A DNA stretch of 64,000 nt, from NCBI RefSeq assembly GCF_006345805.1, contig NC_043020.1, positions 12,524,001 to 12,588,000 of the forward strand. The letters are read 5' to 3'. Positions within the stretch are counted from its first letter, which is position 1; every line of letters starts with the position of its first letter. Of the stretch, positions 56,443 through 64,000 are shown in pieces. A model generated the notes under the pieces. It worked only from the letters and a program-made list of their open reading frames with translations, was not told the DNA's origin and made no database searches. This stretch comes from Octopus sinensis (taxonomy: Eukaryota). A program made the position numbers and the translations under genes.

Positions 56443-56930
56443 CACATCATCATTATCGTTTAACGTCTACTTTCCATGCTAGCATGGATTGGACAATTTG
56501 ACTGACGACTGGCGAACCAGATGGCTGCACCAGGCTCCAATATGATCTGGCAGAGTTTCTACAGCTGGATGCCCTTCCTAACACCAACCACTCTGTGAGT
56601 GTAGTGGGTGCTTTTTACGTGCCACCGGCACGAGGGCCAGTCAGGCGGTACTGGCAACGGCCACGCTCAAATGGTGTTTTTTTACATGCCACCTGCACAG
56701 GAGCCAGTCCAGCGGCACTAGCAATGACCTCACTCGAATGTTTTTTCACGTGCCACCAGCACAAGTGCCAGTAAGGCGACGCTGTTAACGATCACACTCG
56801 AATGGTGCTTCTTACGTGCCACTGGCATGGAAGCCAGTTAGTTGCTCTGGCAACGATCACACTCGGATGGTGCTCTTAGCGCACCACTAGCACAGATGCC
56901 AGTCATCGAATTTGATTTCGATTTCACCAC
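56443..56930 (-). mobile_element. Interspersed repeat with (CAT)n end and internal ~60-bp subrepeats; partial copy ~49650-49780 in opposite orientation
   Basis: The shared segment CTACAGCTGGATGCCC is also present reverse-complemented near 49650; four to five internal TTTACGTGCCACC..CCAGT..GCAACG..CACTCGAATGG units. Confidence 0.6.
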
Positions 56931-58549
56931 CCTTATAAAGATCAATGCAACCTCTCACACTGCAAATAGCCATGTGCTGCCATCTGTTGGCATGCTACAC
57001 CGCTAGTACCTCGTAAGCTCCAGTTAAGCACAACAATCAATGTAATTAATTTACCCTCTCCCCCACTCCGCACACTTGCTGGTCCTGCGCCAAAATTTGA
57101 AACAAATAGTCTACAACACAAATATGATGAATCTTTAATTGCCGTTGCCAAAGTACCTGGGTAGTTTAATCCCCTGGGTCCTTCTGAATGATGAGATTAA
57201 ATATGTGTTTATTAAACATAACCATCTGTAATGGTTCTATATAAACATATACACATGTATGTATAAATGTATATATCTTACATGTATACACACATATACA
57301 AGTAAATGCACACATACATATATGTATATGTGCAAATGTACACATATGTATGCATAAATACATACATGCATGTATGTATATATGTATGCATACATATATA
57401 CATGCATGCATGCATGTATGTATTTATGCCCATACAAACATATGGTTCATATTTTATTGGATTTGCAGGTTTTTTACGAAAAACCATGTTTTAGTAACTT
57501 AATATTAGATGTTTTTTCTTCCATCAGAGTTGTACGTGTGCATGTATGTGTGCATGAGTGTGCGTGCACGTGTGTGCATGTGTAATGTGTGTGTATGTGA
57601 GGAATGTATGTGTGCATGTGTAATGGGTGTGTTAGTGTGCACATCTGTGCATGTGTAATGTGTATGTGTGTATATGTGTGCATATATGTAAAATGTATGT
57701 ATGTGTGTGCACACGTGTGCATGTGCAATATGTATGCGTATATGTGTCTGAAATGTATGTGTGTTGTACAGATGTGTACATGTGTAATGTGTGTGTGTGT
57801 ATGTGTGAAATGTATGTGTGAAATGTATGTGTGAAATGTATGTGTGTGTGTGCACACATGCGTGCATGTGTAATGTGTGTGTATGTATATATGTGTGTGC
57901 ATGAAATGTATGTGTGTGCACATGTGTGCATGTGTAATGTGTGTGTGTGTGAAATGTGTGTGTGTGTGCACATGTGTGCTTGTGTAATGTGTGTGTCTGT
58001 ATATGTGAAATGTATGTGTGTTTATGCAATGTGTCTGTGTGTATGCAATCTGCATACGTGCATGTAATGTAAAATGTGTGTATGTGTATGCAATGTGTAT
58101 ATGTCATGTATATGTGTAACGTGTATGTCTATATAGTGTGTATGTGTGTAATGTATGTTTGTAACGTATATGTGCGTTTTTGTGTATGAGTGTATATTGT
58201 ATGTGCATGGGTAATGTGTATATGTAATATATGTGTGTGTATATATAATGTGTATGTGTGTACTGTGTAGTGCATGTGTGTGTTTGTAATGTCTGTGTGT
58301 GCGTACATGTCTGTTTATATTGTTTAGTGCCCTGGCTGTTTGTATTTAAGGTTCCCTGTGGTTGCTGGTGAGAGAGAGAGACAGAGAAAGACAGACAAAC
58401 AGAGAAAGAGAGAGAGAGCAAATGGTTGATTTAGTAGCTGTTACTTTAAGTGTGTTTGTTTAGAGTGATTTTTCTGTGCGGCTGATAGAGGAGGGCAGTA
58501 GTTTGTGCAGCTGTGCCAGGAGAAAAGTGAGAAGACAACAGAACTGTTA

Positions 58550-60370
58550 CATCAAGGGGACAGATGTAGGGGTTGTTGGGAATCTTGGTATGTCATGGAC
58601 GGGGGATGCGTATGAGGGTCTATGCACACAAACATATACACACATACATATATATATATACACATATGTATACATATATATGATGGGCTTCTTTCAGTTT
58701 CCATCTACCAAATCCACTCACAAGGCTTTGGTCAGCCCAAGGCTATATTAGAAGACACTTGCCCAAGGTGACACGCAGTGGGACTGAATCCAGAACCATG
58801 TGGTTCGTAAGCAAGCTACTTACCACATAGCCACTCCTAAGGTATCTTGGTATGTCAGGTACATAGGATCTTTACAAGGGTGTGTATGTTTGTTGGGCGT
58901 TTGATAAGGGGACAGTGTAGGGTTGTTGGAAATCTTGGTATGTCATGGACATGGAATGCTTATGAGGTTCTATGCAGGTTTTATAAGGTATCTGGATGTG
59001 TCGGGTACATAGGATCTTTACAAGGGTGTGTATGTTTGTTGGGCGTTTGATAAGGGGACAGTGTAGGGTTGTTGGAAATCTTGGTATGTCATGGACATGG
59101 AATGCTTATGAGGGTCTATGCAGGTTTTATAAGGTATCTGGATATGTCGGGTACATAGGATCTTTACAAGGGTGTGTATGTTTGTTGGGCGTTTGGTAAG
59201 GGGATAGTGTAGGTTGTTGGGAATCTTGGTATGTCATGGATGTGAGATGTGGAGGCACATGCCCTAGTAGTTAGAGCAGCGGACTTGCAGTCAAGGGATC
59301 GCAGGTTCGAATCTCGGACCGAGTGATGTATGTGTTTATTAGCGAAGCACCTAAGCTCCACACGGCTCCAGCAGAAGGTAATGGCGAACCTCTGCTGACA
59401 CTTTTGCCACAACTTTCTCTCACTCTTTCCTCCTGCATCTTGCAGCTCACCTGTGATGGACCGGTGTCCCGTCCAGGTAAGGAACCTTTCTGCTAAGGAA
59501 ACCAGGAAACTGGCCCTTATGATCCAGTCATGGCCCGAGAAGGAACAAACAACAATGCATGTGAGATGCTTATGAAGGTCTATGCAGGATTTATAAGTAT
59601 CTTGGTATGTCAGGTACATAGGATCTTTACAAGGGTATGTATGTTTGTTGGGCATTTGGTAAGGGGACAGTGTAGGGTTGTTGGGAATCTTGGTATGTCA
59701 TGGATGTGGGATGCTTATGAGGGTCTATGCAGGTTTTATAAGGTATCTGGATATGTCTAAGGGTGTGTATGTTTCTTGGGTGTTTGGTAAGGGGACAGTG
59801 TAGGGTTGTTGGGAATCTTGGTATGTCATGGACGTGGGATGCTTATGAGGGTCTACTCTTTTACTTGTTTCAGTCATTTGACTGTGGCCATGCTGGAGCA
59901 CCGCCTTTAGTCGAGGGAATCGACCCCTGGACTTATTCTTTGTAAGCCTAGTACTTATTCTATCGGTCTCTTTTGCTGAACCGCTAGGTTACAGGGACAT
60001 AAACACACCAGCATCGGTTGTCAAGCGATGTTGGGAGGACAAACACAGACAAACATACATATACACACACACACACACATATATATACAACAGGATTCTT
60101 TCAATTTCCATCCACCAAATTCACTCACAAGGCTTTGGTTGGCCCGAGGCTCTAGTAGAAGACACTTGCCCATAGTGTCACGCAGTGGGACTGAACCTGG
60201 AACCTGGAAGCAAGTTTCTTGTCTATATTTTGTTGGGTATCTGGGTTATGTCATGTACATGGGAGTGTGTATGTTTTTCTGGGTATGTTCTCTGGGTACA
60301 TGTTCAGTAGGTAGGCCCTTTATTAGGGTGTGTGTAAACCTTGTTGGGTATCTGGGTATGTTCTGCAGGT
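58550..60370. repeat. ~146-bp tandem repeat interrupted by three SINEs
   Basis: GGTATCT unit starts at 58841, 58987 and 59133 (period 146). Confidence 0.85.
59250..59558 (+). mobile_element. tRNA-derived SINE related to family C, with 10-bp TSD
   Basis: GGAGGCACATGCCCTAGTAGTTAGAGCAGCGGACT..GGTTCGAATCTC. ATGTGAGATG at 59240-59249 and 59559-59568. Confidence 0.8.
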
Positions 60371-60489
60371 AAGGGACCTTTATTCAGTTGCTCAACCCTT
60401 CTACAATTAGAAGCAAAATCTTCTAAGAAAATTTTTTCTGCTAATTTTACTCCCTACTGTTTTTAAAAGAGAAAAAAACAGATGAGAGT

Positions 60490-61030
60490 ATTGTTGTTGC
60501 TGCTGCTGCTGCTTTTGGTGGTGGTGGTGGTGGTGGTGGTGGCTGTGGTAGAGACAGCCATGTCATAGTGGTGATGTTGGAGATGGTAGTGGTGGTGGTG
60601 GTGGCAGCAGTGGTGGTGGTGGCAGCGGTAGTAGTGGTGGCGGTAGAGACAACCGTGACATTGTAGTGATGTCGGAGATGGTGGTGGTGGTGGTGGTGGT
60701 GGTAGTAGTGGTGGTGGTTGTAGTGGCGGCGATGGCGACAATGGTGGTGGAGACAGCCATGTCATAGTGATGATGTTGGAGATGGTGGTGGTGGTGATGG
60801 TGGTGGTGGAAGTGTTGGTTGTGGTGGTGGTGGTGGCGGTAGAGACAACCGTGACATAGTAGTGATGTTGGTGGTGGTGGTAGTGGTGGTGGTGGTGGTT
60901 GTAGTGGTGGTGGTGGTGGTAGTGGTTATGGAGATAGTGATTCCATAGAGGTGGTGGTGTTGGAGATGGTGGAGGTGGTGGCAGTGGTGGTTGCAATGAT
61001 GGTGTCGGTGAGAGTGGTGGTGTTGGCATC
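60490..61030. repeat. (GGT)n-based minisatellite with repeated GTAGAGACAACCGTGACATAGT..GGAGATGG units
   Basis: Recurring motif among GGT runs. Confidence 0.8.
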
Positions 61031-61268
61031 ACCAATCTTGACCTATCAGTAATAGCAGAGTGTTTCTTCTATCAGTTGATCAATAGCCAATAATCATTAC
61101 CCACAAACAAAAATATTGCCAAAAAACCTTCCTTTTAACCTACTGACCTGGCAAGATTCTCTTCGTTTGAATAATTAACATCACTGTCTGTCTGTCTGTC
61201 TCCCTGTCTGTCTGTCTGTCTGTCTGTCTGTCGGTCTGTCTGTCTGTCTCCCTGTCTGTCTGTCTCCC

Positions 61269-61304
<36 letters not shown>

Positions 61305-62160
61305 GGTCTGTCTGTCTGTCTGTCTCCCTGTCTGTCTGTCTGTCGGTCTGTCTGTCTGTCGGTCTGTCTGTCTGTCGGTCTGTTTGCGTGTTTCTGTTTT
61401 ACTTCCAAACTGTGTGTGTATGTATGAGTGTGTGTGTGTATGTGTATGTATGTGTGTATGTGTGTGTATGTATGTGTGTATGTATGTGTGTGTATGTATA
61501 TGTGTATATATGTGTGTGTATGTATATCTGTGTATGTGTGTGTATGTATGTGTGTGTATGTGTGTGTATGTGTGTGTATGTATGTGTGTATGTATGTGTG
61601 TGTGTGTATGTGTGTGTATGTATGTATATGTATGTGTAAGTATGTATGTATGTGTGTGTATGTGTGTGTATGTATGAGAGTGTATGTGTATGTATTTGTA
61701 TATGTATGTATGTGTATGTATGTGTATATGTATGTGTGTGTATGTATGTATGTGTGTATGTATGTGTGTGTATGTGTGTGTGTTTCCCTGTCTGTGTGTG
61801 TATATGAGTGTCTATGCGCGCATGTGTATGTGTGTGCACGTATGTGTCTATGCACACGTGCATGTGTGTGCATATGTGTGTTTCTGTCACTGTGTCTAAT
61901 ATGACTGTGTCTTCTTGTACATACATTAGGCTGTGTGTCTACTTGTGTGTGTGTGTGTGTGTGTGTGAGTGCACAATATATGTGTGTTATTGTGTGTGTG
62001 TCTGTGCACACATATGTGTGTGTTTGTGTGTATGTGATTGTACACACGTATGAATGTGTGTATGTGTGACTGTACACATGTATGAATGTGTAGTGTATAA
62101 TTTTAAAAGATACTTCAATTGAGATGAACCAACAAGGAAGATATTCCAAAGGCCCAAAAC

Positions 62161-62356
62161 AGGGCCTATGGAATATCTCCCTATGTCAGTTATGGATGAA
62201 CTGTGACCCTCGGTACTTTCGAAATGGTACATCATCATCATCATCATCATCGTCGTTTAGCGTCCGTTGATGATGATGATGATGATGTACCATTTCGAAA
62301 GTACCGAGGGTCACAGTTCATCCATAACTGACATAGGGAGATATTCCATAGGCCCT
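62161..62356. repeat. Perfect 89-bp inverted repeat with 18-nt loop
   Basis: 62161-62249 is the exact reverse complement of 62268-62356. Confidence 0.95.
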
Positions 62357-63545
62357 TACCTTGAATTTTATTTTAATAGTATAGCCAGGCTAATGCTGAT
62401 CCATGTCTCATGTAGCCCACTTCTTGAAAAATGTTGCTTGTGCCTGTTCTATGCAGTTACTCAAACCTGCTAGAAATAGTAACCAAATTACCCTCAAACC
62501 ACATCCTATCTATTATATAAAATCCATTCTGGCTGTCTGTGTGTGTGTCTTCTAGGATCTTCCATCCGATTGCGCTCAAATTTGATATGTAGATACCGAT
62601 AGTATCAGGTCGGGTATAAGTCTTGAAAAAATTACAAAAATCAATTCCAGGTGAGAATGCGATCGATAAAGCCCTTTTTGTCCTGCTTTTCTTCCATCAA
62701 CCTGTACATAACTGCACCTTCCATTTTTTGTTGTTTTTGTACTGCTTAAAGGCATGTTTCTTTCCTGCCAAGCTTACTGTTTAAACCATGTTTGTGTTCT
62801 CCCAGTCAACAGCCTTATCATTACTGGTACTTTAAACTCTTCGATTGCATATTTGTGTGAATACAATCGTTTTTCTTCGGAATAGAGAAAAAGTCTATCT
62901 TTATTTCTTCTTTTGCTGGTGTCTCAAATTTAGGCTAAACCAGTGTTTCTCAAAGGAGAGGCCTATGGGACGGTCGGACAAGTTGTTTTGAGAAAATTTG
63001 GTTTAAGTGTTTGACAACTCAGCACCGTCCATTGGACGGGGGGGGGGGGGGGCGTTTTGCTCGTAATCTTATAAGGAGGAAGAACATATTGGATAACATC
63101 ATCCTACATAAACTGTCAATAAAATAAGAAAAGATCGGACAGCTATAATTAGGCAGTCCTAATTAGATGGTCATAATTAGAACACCATTAATTATTAGGT
63201 GTTTGTGATGAGAGAAGATAGAGATAAACTATAAAATCAACATGGAGTCTTTTTTAAAAAAAAACAAAAAGATATTTTGGTGATAAAAATTTAGGATTTG
63301 AGAAAGTGTGTTACCCCAATCATTTAATAATATTTCTGGTATGGAGTTCATTGTGAAGAATGTTGTGCTGTAGGGGTGTTTCCAGTCTTGACAAAACTGT
63401 AAGGCAGATTTCTGGAATAGAAGACAGGAGAGAGAAATTTTATATATATATATAAAGGGAAAGTTTACGAAAATAAACAAAAGACGAAGGCAGGTGGAGT
63501 ACAAACAAACAAATGTATTAGTATAGCGCTCAGGAATAGAAAAAG

Positions 63546-63583
63546 TCTTTTACGTTTCGAGCCTATGCTCTTCGACAGAAAGA
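63546..63583 (-). ncRNA. Hammerhead-like motif, U6-variant family, copy 4
   Basis: TCTTT-CTGTCGA-A-GAGC-ATAG-GCTC-GAAA-C-GTA/AAAGA. Confidence 0.55.
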
Positions 63584-63840
63584 TACACAGAAAAGAAACA
63601 AGGAGAGAAAAAAATGCGTGTAGGAGCTAACGATCTATCATGGCGTCCTATATATATATATAACAAATGAAAGACAGAAGATGGAATATACAAGAATATA
63701 TTATTAATCACAACAATTGTTTCGATACATCTAGCATTGATTCCTCTTGTGGGACACTCAACAAATGGTTCAGGAGTAACTGGTAGTGCAGACGTATCTC
63801 ATAGGGTGATAACTAAATGAAAAACTCATATATATATATA

Positions 63841-64000
63841 CTATAAGTATCGCCCGGCGTTGCTCGGGTTTGTTAGGGAAATAACTATATAAGCATTTTT
63901 AGAGAGTTATAGCCAAAAAATAGCAAAAAAATGCATTGAAAATGGGAAAAAAATGATGGTAAATTTTTTTTTAAATAGTTGACTCATCGTAGACATTTTT
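63841..64000 (-). mobile_element. Non-autonomous Helitron 3' part (same family), truncated by the window edge
   Basis: Reverse complement of the 3' ~160 bp of 53742-54140, including the hairpin; terminal CTAG degenerate. Confidence 0.75.

Noticed and set aside
60463-61035. Pro/His/Thr-rich 190-aa ORF resembling extensin or mucin
   Set aside because: It derives from a (GGT)n minisatellite; no splice or domain support.

Overview
AT-rich, repeat-dense animal genomic DNA, most likely Octopus (inferred from the SINE families and microsatellite density, not from a database search). I can support one protein-coding gene. It is a complete 9-coding-exon OATP/SLCO organic-anion transporter on the + strand (6369-34563, 2112 nt CDS, 703 aa). 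All eight introns are GT-AG and their phases (1,1,1,1,2,0,2,1) join in frame. Only some of its exons appear in the supplied ORF track. The rest is tRNA-derived SINEs (at least 4 families), degraded RTE, R4/Dong-like and Penelope-like retroelements, a mariner fragment, non-autonomous Helitrons, MITE/fold-back elements, tandem arrays (20, 36, ~146 and ~490 bp units), microsatellites and a 100-N gap. Most long ORFs in the track are microsatellite artefacts. The most notable hidden signal is a set of at least eight type I hammerhead ribozyme motifs of several architectures inside Penelope-like repeats. These include a canonical compact motif in intron 1, an inverted pair with a long stem II, and a four-copy family sharing a non-canonical U at core position 6. 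Also notable: a GC-rich decayed ORF resembling a D5-type primase/helicase C-terminus, a ~490-bp array inserted inside a SINE, and apparent paired loss of two cysteines in the OATP Kazal loop. All structures and alignments were read by eye.
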